A DNA stretch of 64,000 bases, from the IMG/VR virus record IMGVR_UViG_3300046459_000436, positions 16,674 to 80,673 of that record; one strand, given 5' to 3'. Positions 1 through 9,323 of this stretch are shown here, piece by piece (position 1 is the first letter of the stretch; each line of letters opens with the position of its first letter). The translations under genes and the position numbers were made by a program. This stretch comes from a virus. The notes under the pieces were generated by a model. That model was not told the DNA's origin and did not search any database. It was given only the letters and a program-made list of their open reading frames with translations.

Positions 1-815
1 CTCTGCACGCCTTCGGATTGGTACAGCGACAGGGCGCCTTGGTCGGCGGCGGTGGTCATGGCCCAGTCGACAATGAACGCGACTGATTCCACGTCCGTGC
101 CGGTGAGGACGTTCATCGCGTCCTCAATCATCTGGTCGCGGCTGGCACCGTCCTCGGCCCCTTGCGCGAGTATCCGACCGAGGTCTGCCGCGGCCCGGTC
201 GATAGTGCGGCCGAGCCAGCCGCCCGTGTCCGCCCAGATCTCGTCGAGGCGTTCCAGGGACTGGTAGGCGTCGCCGAAGGCGATGTTCCAGTCGAGGCCG
301 ATCCGGTTGGCGCGTTCGGCGGCGATGGCGACCGCGTTGACCATGCCCTCCGCCCGGCCGGCTGCGATGGCATTCCTCAGCGCGGTGCGCAGGGCATCCC
401 ATCCGGCGCCGGCTGCGTCGGCGATTGCGTGCAGCATGGCTTTGGCGGCTTCGAGTGCTTCAGTGCGGATGCTGGGCTTGCCGTGGTCGGCTTCGGTGAG
501 TCCGGCCTGCTGCCGGAACCGGTCAACCACGGCGGCGACCGCGTCCCGGCCGATGAGGTCGCGCCACGCATCGGCCACGAATGGTACGTGCTTGGCCTGC
601 TGCTCCTCGCGGCGTTGGAACAGTAGCGCCCACATGCCTTCGAGCTTGCCGAGGTCGATGGTGACTTCGAGGATGCGCGGGTCGTCAGCGTGCTCGATGG
701 CGAGCGCCACGGCTGCGGTGGAAGCGCGCCGCACGCGGTTCGTCATCGGCCCCCCGGAGACGGCCCAGCCTGCAGCGAACGCCTCGCGGGCGAAGCCCTC
801 AATGGGGTGCGGCAT
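1..815 (-). CDS. Head morphogenesis / minor capsid protein (3' end outside window)
   Basis: Own translation MPHPIEGFAREAFAAGWAVSGGP..., open to position 1; GAAGGGGG RBS; position downstream of portal. Confidence 0.6.
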   Translation of the reverse strand, partial: MPHPIEGFAREAFAAGWAVSGGPMTNRVRRASTAAVALAIEHADDPRILEVTIDLGKLEGMWALLFQRREEQQAKHVPFVADAWRDLIGRDAVAAVVDRFRQQAGLTEADHGKPSIRTEALEAAKAMLHAIADAAGAGWDALRTALRNAIAAGRAEGMVNAVAIAAERANRIGLDWNIAFGDAYQSLERLDEIWADTGGWLGRTIDRAAADLGRILAQGAEDGASRDQMIEDAMNVLTGTDVESVAFIVDWAMTTAADQGALSLYQSEGVQ

Positions 816-867
816 GGGCACCCCCCTTCAGCGCCAGGATTGGAGACCCAAGAGGAAAGCAACGCCC

Positions 868-1647
868 TCATGGCTTCTGAGGCGAAGCCTGCCTCCGGGC
901 TCGCGCCCGCTCCCGCAGGCAGGTTCGGCACTTGCGGCTGGGAGTCTTGCCATTACCGCTTCGCTCGATCACGGTATTTGCCTCGTCATAGGGGTGACCC
1001 TGAGGGCAGTGTGTCTTCCGCCCTGGCCGCCCCTGTGCGCGCCACTCTGCCCACCACTTTCGTTTCGCCTCTGCGACCTTCGCCCGCGAGGACGCGTTGG
1101 TCATCGGCTGAAGTGCGCGCGCCTTGGCTGCTTTGCTCAGCTTGCCCCGGGTCTCGTCCGAGGTGATGCTTCCCGCCGCTCGCCAGTCTGCCCAGCGTTT
1201 CGTCGTGGCCTCCGAGACCGCCTTCCGTGTGTTCGCTGGAATCGTCTTGCCCTTGTGCACGCGACTGACGGCCTGGCGCCGGACGGGGTCTTTCATCCGT
1301 TCGAGGGCGGCCTGCCGAATCCGCTCTCGGGTTTCGGGGGATGCGATGCGCCCCAGGGTTCCAGGGCCGCCATCAGTCGCGTTGGTCAGGCGAGCGCCCT
1401 GAGCTCTGTACGTGGTGATCCATCGCCGCTCGGCTTCTCCGTGGCTCTCGATCGGAACGATCTCAATCTCCGTCATGACTGGCGAGACACCGACTTTGAG
1501 CAATGAGCGGATCCACCGGCTCTTGTAGTCCTGGCGCCCAGTATCGGAGATGTGCCCTCGAAGCCGCTCGGCGAGCGAGCGTGTTGTGACCCCGACGTAG
1601 CGAACTTCACCGTTACGAGGGTCACTCAACGTGTAGATCCAGGCCAT
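868..1647 (-). CDS. Free-standing GIY-YIG homing endonuclease with NUMOD3-like repeats and C-terminal Zn finger
   Basis: WIYTL...RYVGVT...RLRGH; SPETRERI/SDETRGKLS repeats; KTHCPQGHPY...RKCRTC; start could be up to about 1680. Confidence 0.85.
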   Translation of the reverse strand: MAWIYTLSDPRNGEVRYVGVTTRSLAERLRGHISDTGRQDYKSRWIRSLLKVGVSPVMTEIEIVPIESHGEAERRWITTYRAQGARLTNATDGGPGTLGRIASPETRERIRQAALERMKDPVRRQAVSRVHKGKTIPANTRKAVSEATTKRWADWRAAGSITSDETRGKLSKAAKARALQPMTNASSRAKVAEAKRKWWAEWRAQGRPGRKTHCPQGHPYDEANTVIERSGNGKTPSRKCRTCLRERARARRQASPQKP

Positions 1648-1662
1648 CCGCTCATGCACGTC

Positions 1663-1682
1663 CATGTACATCAATGTACATG
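1663..1682. promoter_or_regulatory. Phd/YefM-type operator palindrome
   Basis: CATGTACAT-CA-ATGTACATG with two TGTACA cores, the known YefM/Phd operator core. Confidence 0.7.
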
Positions 1683-1708
1683 AGTGGCTCTCTCTGTACT
1701 CTGGCGTT

Positions 1709-1903
1709 ATGAAGGAAGAACCAGTCGAGATGAGTACCGCTGAAGTTCGCACGAACCTTGCGGACGTGGTCAACGCGGCAGTCCGAAACCGGATCACTTT
1801 CGTGACCAGTCGCGGGCGCCGCGTGGCGGCGGTTGTCCCGCTATCCATCGCCGAGGAGGCAGTGGAACGCGAAGACGGGGGCCCTAGCCGACCCGCTTCT
1901 TGA
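1709..1903 (+). CDS. Orphan Phd/YefM family antitoxin-like DNA-binding protein
   Basis: MSTAEVRTNLADVVNAAVRNRITFVTSRGRRVAAVVP. Confidence 0.85.
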   Translation: MKEEPVEMSTAEVRTNLADVVNAAVRNRITFVTSRGRRVAAVVPLSIAEEAVEREDGGPSRPAS

Positions 1904-1979
1904 TGAGCGGCAGCACATCCTTGGCGCGCAGCGGATGGTTCGGAGGATCGGGCGGCAGCGGTTCAGGCGGCACGCTCAT
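1884..1979 (-). CDS. Small hypothetical protein (31 aa) coupled to the portal gene
   Basis: MSVPPEPLPPDPPNHPLRAKDVLPLIKKRVG; AGGAGG RBS inside the portal 3' end. Confidence 0.45.
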   Translation of the reverse strand: MSVPPEPLPPDPPNHPLRAKDVLPLIKKRVG

Positions 1980-3528
1980 CGACACCTCCTGGCAGCGTGG
2001 CCAGCGCCTCCCGCAGCCGAGCCCTGTACCGGGCATGCAGCGCCTCGACGGGCGGCTCCTTCTCCGGCTCAGCTGGCTCCTCGGATTGCCCTGGGGGCGC
2101 CTTGCCCGCGAACGCGGCGAGCTGGGGCGGCACGGGGGCGGGCTCGGGCTTCTCCACCGCGATCGGCTCGCCGTGCTCTGGCGCAGCTGGCTCCAGAGCG
2201 GTGCCGCGGAGTCTGTTGGCGATGAACGCCTTGGATGCGGCATCCATGTCGGCCCACTTCACCAGGTTGGTGCGGTCGATCAGGACCGGCTGGTCGCCGC
2301 CGTCGACAGGGGGTTCGCCGATGTCGGCTCGGGCCCGGTTGAGGGTCCATTCACCGTTGCGGATCCGCATGTCACGGATGTCCTCAACGGTCTTGGAGTC
2401 ACGCATGTCGACATCACGGAACTTGAGCTTCCAGCCTTCGACGCCGAAGCCGTTCTTCGCGAGGTGGAAGTTCAGGGCCTCCAGCACCAGTTCGGCCAAC
2501 GGCTGGCATGTGTTGACCATGAACGTGCGGTCCTGCGCCTCGCCGGTGCCGCCGCCGAGGTTCCCGGACTCGATGATGCCGACCTTGGATGGCGGAACCC
2601 CGTAGGCGGCGATGATCTCGTCGCGCTTCTGGTTGAGGAACTGCAGGTAGTCCATGGTGCGGGACTGCGACAGTTCGTTGACGCCGGCGCCGCCCTTGGT
2701 GTTGATCGGGTTGCCGATGTTGCGCGGGCCGATGTTGCGCTGCTGGTACTGGGCGTTCCACCGGTTGATGTCCGACGGGGAGGCGCCCGCCGGGTGGTCC
2801 ACATGGAGGACCGGGGGGCAGCCCTTCCGGAAGATCTCCTTCGAGGTTGCTGCCGAGAACAGCCAGGACACGATCGGCAGCATCGCCGCCTGCGTCGGGC
2901 TGACACCGAACACCCCGGACCGCGGCGAATCCAGCGAAATGTGGATGACGTCGCGCGGCTCGAACGTCGCCCGCTGGCCGAGTTCGGTGACCTGCACGTA
3001 GCTGGTGATCGTGCCATGTTCGTCGGCGATCGGCAGCATGCTCGGGCAGTCCAGCGAGTACAGGGCGACCGGCTGCTGGCCGAGCCAGACGACCTCGATG
3101 AACGCGTCACCGAACACGAGCAGGTCGGTGATGACGCCGCGGAGGATCTGCCGGACATTCTCCCGCGGGTTGCAGTAGGCCAGCATCCGCTCCAGCAGGA
3201 GCACCTGCTGTGGCTTGTCCGGCTGCTCCTCGTCGCCCTCACCGTTGTCGTTGTCCCAGTCGGTGACGAGGCCGCCCGCAGTGATGGTGCGCGCGATGGC
3301 GTTCACGGATGCCCACGACCAGGGACAGGCGAGGTACGCCTCGTAGAGCTGGTTCAGCATCGATCGGCGGTCGGACTGGGTGGCTGCGCCGATGCCCTGA
3401 TTGGACTCGGTCAGGCCACCCGGGCTGATGCCGTACTCGAAGCCCGAACGCTCCGGGAGCTTCGCCGGGGCCGTCTCCAGCACCTCGGTCTCCGACCGCA
3501 GACTGTTCCACCAGGTGCGCAGACTCAC
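1963..3528 (-). CDS. Phage portal protein
   Basis: LLVFGDAFIEV, DVIHISLD...FGVSP, EIIAAYGVPPSKVG, WTLNRARADIGEPP motifs; follows terL. Confidence 0.92.
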   Translation of the reverse strand: MSLRTWWNSLRSETEVLETAPAKLPERSGFEYGISPGGLTESNQGIGAATQSDRRSMLNQLYEAYLACPWSWASVNAIARTITAGGLVTDWDNDNGEGDEEQPDKPQQVLLLERMLAYCNPRENVRQILRGVITDLLVFGDAFIEVVWLGQQPVALYSLDCPSMLPIADEHGTITSYVQVTELGQRATFEPRDVIHISLDSPRSGVFGVSPTQAAMLPIVSWLFSAATSKEIFRKGCPPVLHVDHPAGASPSDINRWNAQYQQRNIGPRNIGNPINTKGGAGVNELSQSRTMDYLQFLNQKRDEIIAAYGVPPSKVGIIESGNLGGGTGEAQDRTFMVNTCQPLAELVLEALNFHLAKNGFGVEGWKLKFRDVDMRDSKTVEDIRDMRIRNGEWTLNRARADIGEPPVDGGDQPVLIDRTNLVKWADMDAASKAFIANRLRGTALEPAAPEHGEPIAVEKPEPAPVPPQLAAFAGKAPPGQSEEPAEPEKEPPVEALHARYRARLREALATLPGGVDERAA

Positions 3529-5038
3529 GGGACGTTCACCGTCCCCCCAGCGCGCGGCGCCTCATCGTCATCGAACCACCAGGCGTCGTCGCTCGGCGCA
3601 GACTCGGACGGGCGCACGGCCATCGTCGGCCCGAGCGGCTTCAGAACCTCCGTGGTGGCGACCGGGGCTGCGTCGTCGAGGATGACGAACTCTGGGCCGG
3701 AGCCAAGGTTGGACAGGAGGTACCTGACCGCGTCGGCCAAGTGGTCATCTGCGGTGGTGTCGGCGTCTTCCGGGTCACCCTTGGTGGCGTGCGGCAGATC
3801 CGACAGTTCCCGGTAGAGATCGGGGCACGTCGTGAAGATGTGCATTTTCGGGCAGGTGTCCCAGCCCTGCGCCCGGTGATGCGGGCAGGCCGGCGCCTCG
3901 GCAAGGTAGGAACGCACCCGCTGCCAGCCGATGACGCGGGAGCCCGCTCCCTTGCCGGCCTGGGCCAGGTGCACTCCGTTGTCGGCGTACACCGCGGCAA
4001 TGGGCTTCGCATCGCCGCGGGTGGCCCACATCGCGTCATCGGCGTACCGCACGGCGATGTGTTCGCCGTGCGCTTCGGCCGCGAGGATGCTCTGGGCCTG
4101 CTCCGCTTCGCCGACTCCGCGCCGGTAGATCTCGCGGTAGACCCAGACGCGACCGTCTTCGTCGACGGCAGCCCATAGGACTGCCCAGGGGGCTGCGAAG
4201 CCCCAGTCGATGCCGTTGTATCGCTTCCACGTCGCGGGCAGTGCGATCGGCTCGATGACGTGCCGGTCGCGCTTGAGTTGGAACATCTGGCCTTGGAACA
4301 CGTCCCAGTCCCCGTCCAGGAATGCGGCCCGCAACTTTTCGGGCAGCGCCTTGAGGTCGGCGGCGTATTCAGGGTTGACGTGGGGGTTGTCGGACAGCTT
4401 CGACGGGATGAAGCGCACCGTGCGCCCGCGCTCATCGACGATGACCTTGCTGCCGTAGCCAGTGGGCTTGATGTAGCGGGTCTTCACCGCGCCGTGGCCC
4501 GGGCCGCCCGGGTTGGTGCCGGAGCGGATGCCGAGAACGGGGATGTCGCGGCGTCCGGACCGCAGCCGGGATTCGAGGAAGCTGCACACGTCGGGTGGGG
4601 TGAGGGTCCGCTCGTCGAAGATAAGCAGCTGGTACTGGCCGCCCTGCCTGCGGGTGGCGTCCTGGACGGTCTCGGCGTACCGAAACATGATCAGGCTGCC
4701 GTTGGGGAACCGGAGCTCGTACTCGGTGCCGTTCCAGCGGGCCCCGAGGTCTTTGGCGAAGTTGAGGTTCACCAGTTCGGCGATCAGTGACTCTTTGAGT
4801 TCGCCGTAGGTGCGGCGGAAAGCCCCGACGCGCAGCCCCGGGTAGCGGACGCATTCCCGGATGGCGTGCGCTGTCAGGGCCCGGCTTTTCCCCCGCCCGC
4901 AGCGCCGCCGAACAGGACGTCGAACTCTTCTGCACTGTGGAAGGTCAGCTGCTTCGGGGTGGGGGTGTAGCCGAGGGCGCCGAAGACGTCCTGTGGGGGT
5001 GCTTCCAGCATCTGGGCGGCGAGGATGAGGGCGTCCAC
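3525..5038 (-). CDS. terL: Terminase large subunit, split by a -1 frameshift at about 4886-4892
   Basis: N-terminus MDALILAAQ...FDVLFGGAAGGGK (stop at 4874) continues as SRALTAH in the -1 frame; Walker B LLIFDE, TNPGG, nuclease GIDWGF and DDHLADAVRY. Confidence 0.92.
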
Positions 5039-5055
5039 GACTCACCCCTTCCTGA

Positions 5056-5769
5056 TCAGACGGCGCGGAGGTGGCGGGCGGCGACTTGCTTGGCCGCGGC
5101 AGCAGATTCGCCGGTCACGCCAGCCGCGATGAGTGCCGCGTCGATGGCCCGCAACACGGTCTCGGCCTGCTTCTCGGTGATTGCCGCAAGCCTCTCGTCG
5201 ATGTTGAGGCGGGCGATGTTGGCGAGCAGCGTTCCGGCCTGGTTGACGGCCCTTTCGTACAGGGCGACTTCGGCGCGGAGTTGCTCGCCGGCGCCGCCCT
5301 TGTAGCGGATCTCTTCGAGTTCGTTGACCTTGGCGCCGAGCGCGTTCTTGAACGCGAGCACTTCGCCGGCCAGCTCGCTGAGTGCGGTGAGCGGGTTGTC
5401 GACGGGGCTGGCGCCGATCTGGACGAGCAGCTTGTTGGCTTCCTTCATCAGCTTCACCTCCGCGATCCGCTTCCCCGCCGCTTTGAGGGCGTTGGGTGCT
5501 TTGCCGCCGTGCGCCTTGCAGACGTCCTGGCCCCTCATGGCCCAGTCGGTGCAGCGCTGTCCGGCGTTGTGGCCGTTCTTGGTGGTGCCGGTGCAGCGGC
5601 GTTCGTCGGGTGCTTTGCCGATGAGGCCTTGGCCGCTGTGGCGGTGGCAGACGTCGTAGCCGGGGAGCGTCCAGAGTTGGCAGCGTCCGCGGGGGTCGCC
5701 GCTGGGGTAGAGGCGGATGGTGACGCATTGCCGGTCTGGGGGTGGCTTGCGGGGGCCGGGGTGTGCCAT
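5056..5769 (-). CDS. Probable terminase small subunit (C..C..HGG Zn-binding type)
   Basis: RCTG...RCTDWAMRGQDVCKAHGG motif, helical C-terminus; immediately upstream of terL. Confidence 0.65.
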   Translation of the reverse strand: MAHPGPRKPPPDRQCVTIRLYPSGDPRGRCQLWTLPGYDVCHRHSGQGLIGKAPDERRCTGTTKNGHNAGQRCTDWAMRGQDVCKAHGGKAPNALKAAGKRIAEVKLMKEANKLLVQIGASPVDNPLTALSELAGEVLAFKNALGAKVNELEEIRYKGGAGEQLRAEVALYERAVNQAGTLLANIARLNIDERLAAITEKQAETVLRAIDAALIAAGVTGESAAAAKQVAARHLRAV

Positions 5770-6194
5770 TAGCTGCTGCCGGTAGTCCAGTGCTCGGGCA
5801 GCAGTGTCGGCGCGGGTTCGTCGACCGGCTCGGGCTCGGGCAGCGGCTCGGGGGTGCAGTCGCAGCCGGGCAGGTCCGCCTCGCTGGGCGCGGTGCAGCT
5901 GCTGGCATGGACGAGTGCGGCGGCGTCCATGTCGATGGCGTGCGGTCCGCAGGCGAAGACGGGGGTGGTGCACTCGTCGGCCTGCGGGAGCGGCCCGAAC
6001 TCGGGGGCCGGGAGCTGAGGGTCGGCGAGGAGGAGCCGCTCGTCGCGCTTCTCCTGTTCGAGGGTGATGTGCGCGGCGAGTTCGGCGGCGGTGAGGCGCC
6101 GCCGCCACTGCACGATCGCCCGGTCGGGGCAGGCCGTACACCGCGGGCCTGCGGGCGCCGGAGCGGCCGGGGTGGTGTCGGCAGGGCTGGTCAC
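5769..6194 (-). CDS. Hypothetical Cys-rich protein
   Basis: GAGGAGG RBS, TAATG coupling to the next gene, CxxC motifs. Confidence 0.6.
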   Translation of the reverse strand: MTSPADTTPAAPAPAGPRCTACPDRAIVQWRRRLTAAELAAHITLEQEKRDERLLLADPQLPAPEFGPLPQADECTTPVFACGPHAIDMDAAALVHASSCTAPSEADLPGCDCTPEPLPEPEPVDEPAPTLLPEHWTTGSS

Positions 6195-6204
6195 AGTGGC
6201 CTCC

Positions 6205-7617
6205 TCAGGCGGGTTCTGGGCCGATGTTTTCGAGGCGCATCCGGAACGGGTACGCGGTGTGGGCGTAGACGACTCCGGAGCCGGTGCCCTGATGCGCGAG
6301 CGCGACCGTGATGCTGCCCGCGTTGATGTGACCGGCGCCGATGGTGAACATCTCAACCATCTCCTCGTACCCGAAGCTCAGCGAGGGGTACAGGTCCGGG
6401 TCACCCTCAGGGAGCGGGCTGCTGGTGAAAGTGCCCGCATAGATGGCGATCGCGCCCGCGTTGTCGAGGAGGGCCCAGTCGAGGAAGTGGCTGCCGGCGC
6501 GCATGAACCCGCCGTGGACCTTGATGCGGTCGCCCACGGCCGCCGCAATCGAGCACTGGAGCTTCGTCGTCGCGGACGTCTGCACGATCGTCCACGACGC
6601 GGCCGACGGCAGGCCACCCAGGTTGTCGTCGGTGATGCGAATGCTGGCCGTGCGGGTCGATGAGCCGCCGCTACCAGCCGGGAGCACTACCCCGATCGTC
6701 CCGGATGCCGACCGGACCTTGAGGACGCCACCCTCGACGTACAGCACTGCACCGGAGGCCGGGTTGCTGTCGGGGATAGTGACTGCATTGGGCAGGTGCA
6801 GCACCCCAACGCCGTCGCCGAAGTCGACACCGCCGTCCAGCAGCGCAACATTTGGCCCGCTCACCCCGGGCTGCACGCGCAGCACGGGCACACCGTTGGC
6901 CGAGTCGACGAGGTACAGGTCTTGTGACCCCGGACCCATCTGCCAGGCCCAGCGGTCCACGCCCGCCGTGCGCAGTCCGTAGGCGGCGTAGTTGGTGGTG
7001 GCACCGCGGTCCACGGCGTTGATGGCGGTGCCGGTGGAGTCGACGATGAGGTTGCCGTCGGCGATGGTGACGGTGCCATCGACGGTGCCGCCGCCATCAA
7101 GGGCGAGGTACTTCGCGGCGGCGTCAGCTTCGGCAGCCGCTGTTGCGGCATCGGCCTTCGTCGTGGCATCCGTGGCCGCCGCGCCGATCGCCGCCGCCTG
7201 GGCCGCGTTGGCCTTGGTGGTCGCATCGGTTGCCGCTGCGGCCTGGGCGGCTGCTGCTGCTCCGATCGTGTCGAAGTCGCCGACCGCATGGGTGGCCGCC
7301 GTGCCGAGACCGAGGTTGTTGCGGGAGGTAGTGGCGTTCTGTACGTCGGACAGATTGTTCTCGGCGAGCAGCGCCCCGACCGTGCCGGCGCCGCCGAAGG
7401 TGATGCCGCTGCCTGGCCATGCTCCGGCCACCTTGGGTCCGTACAGGACTGCAGAGGTGGGGTAGTTGGTGGTGTCCACGTAGTAGTCGCCGTCGATGCC
7501 CGTACCGCTGGACGGTGCGCCGACGCCGTTGAGAACGGCGTTGCCGCGCGGGCCTTGTGCGCCGGTTGGGGAGACGATGACGGTGGGTGGGGCGGTGACG
7601 GTGACGGGCACGGTCAC
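6205..7617 (-). CDS. Virion fibre-like structural protein
   Basis: GAQGPRG, GIDGDYYVD, ENNLSDV..SRNNLGLG fibre motifs; Ala/Thr-rich coiled segment. Confidence 0.65.
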   Translation of the reverse strand: MTVPVTVTAPPTVIVSPTGAQGPRGNAVLNGVGAPSSGTGIDGDYYVDTTNYPTSAVLYGPKVAGAWPGSGITFGGAGTVGALLAENNLSDVQNATTSRNNLGLGTAATHAVGDFDTIGAAAAAQAAAATDATTKANAAQAAAIGAAATDATTKADAATAAAEADAAAKYLALDGGGTVDGTVTIADGNLIVDSTGTAINAVDRGATTNYAAYGLRTAGVDRWAWQMGPGSQDLYLVDSANGVPVLRVQPGVSGPNVALLDGGVDFGDGVGVLHLPNAVTIPDSNPASGAVLYVEGGVLKVRSASGTIGVVLPAGSGGSSTRTASIRITDDNLGGLPSAASWTIVQTSATTKLQCSIAAAVGDRIKVHGGFMRAGSHFLDWALLDNAGAIAIYAGTFTSSPLPEGDPDLYPSLSFGYEEMVEMFTIGAGHINAGSITVALAHQGTGSGVVYAHTAYPFRMRLENIGPEPA

Positions 7618-7620
7618 CTC

Positions 7621-7992
7621 CTACTGTGCGGCGACGAGGGAGCTGTTGAAGGTGCCCTCGACCCAGCAGGTTGCCGTGGTGAGACCGGGATTGGCCCACA
7701 GCGCGTGCGGGCGGGCACCCTTGCCGAGGAGCGTGGTGGCCGCCGGGGTCAGAGTCACGGTCACGGTGGCGGTGGGGATGTCCACGGCGATCTGACCCTG
7801 TGCGGTCGCGGTGGTGGTGACCTTGACGAGCGGGGGCACGGTGGCGTCGGTGACGTTCGACCGGATGACGAACTCCCACGTCATCCCCGTCAGGTTCACG
7901 AGGGTGCCGTCACCGTTCTTGAGGGTGAACGACTGCACCCACTGCGATCCGGCGGCCGTAAAGGTGTTCCACTGCATCGGTAGCGCGGCCAC
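7621..7992 (-). CDS. Virion structural protein (Ig/BppU-N-like beta domain)
   Basis: QSFTLKNGDGTLVNLTG...GQIAVD..VTVTLTPAAT pattern. Confidence 0.55.
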   Translation of the reverse strand: MAALPMQWNTFTAAGSQWVQSFTLKNGDGTLVNLTGMTWEFVIRSNVTDATVPPLVKVTTTATAQGQIAVDIPTATVTVTLTPAATTLLGKGARPHALWANPGLTTATCWVEGTFNSSLVAAQ

Positions 7993-8004
7993 GATCCACC
8001 GCCC

Positions 8005-8166
8005 TTAGCTGAGGTGCTGTCCGGCGTGAATCACGAACGGGATCCCGAAGGCGACGAGCCCGGCGGCGACCATCCGTACCCGGTCGAGGGCCGGTGTCGC
8101 ATTGGGGGCGATCGCGGCGAGGCCCCAGATGACGACGGCGATCAGGTAGCAGATCAGGTCAAGCAC
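8005..8166 (-). CDS. Small membrane protein (2 TM)
   Basis: Two hydrophobic segments; GAGGAGG RBS. Confidence 0.6.
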   Translation of the reverse strand: MLDLICYLIAVVIWGLAAIAPNATPALDRVRMVAAGLVAFGIPFVIHAGQHLS

Positions 8167-8176
8167 GGTGGCCTCC

Positions 8177-8491
8177 TCAGCTCTTAGCGCGGCGCAGGTA
8201 TGCGGACCCCGGCGAACCGTGAATGCCGAGGCTCCGCAGTTCTCGCTGCACGACGTCACGGAGGTCACGTTCGTTGAGGACGCCGCCGTGGACGTGGATG
8301 GTGATCGCGGTCGGCGGGCCGTCCGACTCGGTAGCGGTCTGCTCGTGCGCCGCGTCGATGTGCTCGCGGATCCCGTCCGCGATCGCCCCGCAGGGGATGC
8401 GCAGGTTGCGTTCGTCGCCGCCGTCGATGAGGACGCTCAGCGGGCAGTCGCAGACGGGGCACAGGACTCGGATCGCGCGAATGTCGGGCAC
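8177..8491 (-). CDS. Hypothetical protein
   Basis: ORF track; CPVC motif; operon context. Confidence 0.55.
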   Translation of the reverse strand: MPDIRAIRVLCPVCDCPLSVLIDGGDERNLRIPCGAIADGIREHIDAAHEQTATESDGPPTAITIHVHGGVLNERDLRDVVQRELRSLGIHGSPGSAYLRRAKS

Positions 8492-8494
8492 GGG

Positions 8495-8719
8495 CTACGC
8501 CTCCTGCTCGGCGTGCGCCGTGACGAATGCGACCGCATCCGCTTCGATATCGAGGATCGCGGCGGGGACGGTGAGCCGGGCCTCGGCCTGCCCGTTCACG
8601 TCGAGGACGAGTTCCACGCGGGACACGAAGGTCAGCGGCTCGCCGTCGAGTTCGATGGTTGCCGTGGTGGGGTCGCCGTCGCAGCGGACGACGAGGCGGT
8701 GGCGTTCGGGTTGGGGCAT
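8495..8719 (-). CDS. Hypothetical protein
   Basis: ORF track; RBS; operon context. Confidence 0.55.
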   Translation of the reverse strand: MPQPERHRLVVRCDGDPTTATIELDGEPLTFVSRVELVLDVNGQAEARLTVPAAILDIEADAVAFVTAHAEQEA

Positions 8720-8742
8720 GCAGGTCTCCAGGGTGTGCGGTA

Positions 8743-8947
8743 GCCCCGGCGCCTGGAACGCCGGGGCCGCCTACCCGGCCGCGATCAACGGCGGGCGATG
8801 GGGGGTGTTGGGGCCCGCTGCCCGGCGGGCTCGGTGAAGTACCGGGCAGCGGGGTTCCGGCACGCTCGGGGGGGGGCGTTGAGCGCCGGTTGTGTCCTCG
8901 CGGCCGGGAGCGACCCGCAAGCGCTCAACCGGACCGCGAGGAGCGTG
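8743..8947 (-). ncRNA. Candidate structured RNA / late-operon leader with tandem hairpins
   Basis: Inverted repeats at 8743-8767, 8814-8853, 8857-8889 and 8895-8942 in a gene-free gap. Confidence 0.35.
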
Positions 8948-8951
8948 GGGG

Positions 8952-9194
8952 TTACGCGGCCTGTAAGGCGACGCGACGGGCGTGCGGACCGGTGGCCGCC
9001 TGCTGCCGCTCTTCGGCGATCGCTTCTATCTCCGGCCTGGCGTACATGGTGCCGTCACAGCGGCGTTGCCCCGGGAACCTGTGGATCTTCCCGCGAGTGG
9101 CCCACTGTCGGACCGCCGCCTCAGAGACGCCAGCAATCTCGGCGGCCTCGCTGGCAGAGATGAGGTCCTCGGGATCAAGATGCCAGATATCCAT
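8952..9194 (-). CDS. MerR/Xis-like HTH DNA-binding protein
   Basis: LISASEAAEIAGVSEAAVRQWATRGKI. Confidence 0.8.
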   Translation of the reverse strand: MDIWHLDPEDLISASEAAEIAGVSEAAVRQWATRGKIHRFPGQRRCDGTMYARPEIEAIAEERQQAATGPHARRVALQAA

Positions 9195-9323
9195 GGCACC
9201 CCCTACATGGCAGAACCCCCGCCGCTGTGCGACAGGGGTTCAAAGGCATAGATGTTGCGCTGGTGCCGATTGTGACATCCGGGGTAGATCTTTGTCTAGC
9301 GGGTCTGTCAAGGGGTGCGCCGG

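Noticed and set aside
868-1903. GIY-YIG gene as part of a group I intron or intein
   Set aside because: Flanking genes have their own start and stop signals, an oppositely oriented gene lies inside the interval, and no splice-junction motifs were seen
1900-3816. Long plus-strand ORFs opposite real genes (also 283-1506, 14021-16411, 17349-18983, 27348-28589, 34673-36721, and minus-strand 52399-53931)
   Set aside because: Antisense shadows typical of high-GC coding DNA; no motifs, and the opposite strand carries recognisable proteins
4937-5045. ORF-track start of terL at 5045 (MSRGRPHP...)
   Set aside because: That N-terminus is an out-of-frame read-through lacking the GGAAGGGK motif; the true start is GTG 5038 in another frame
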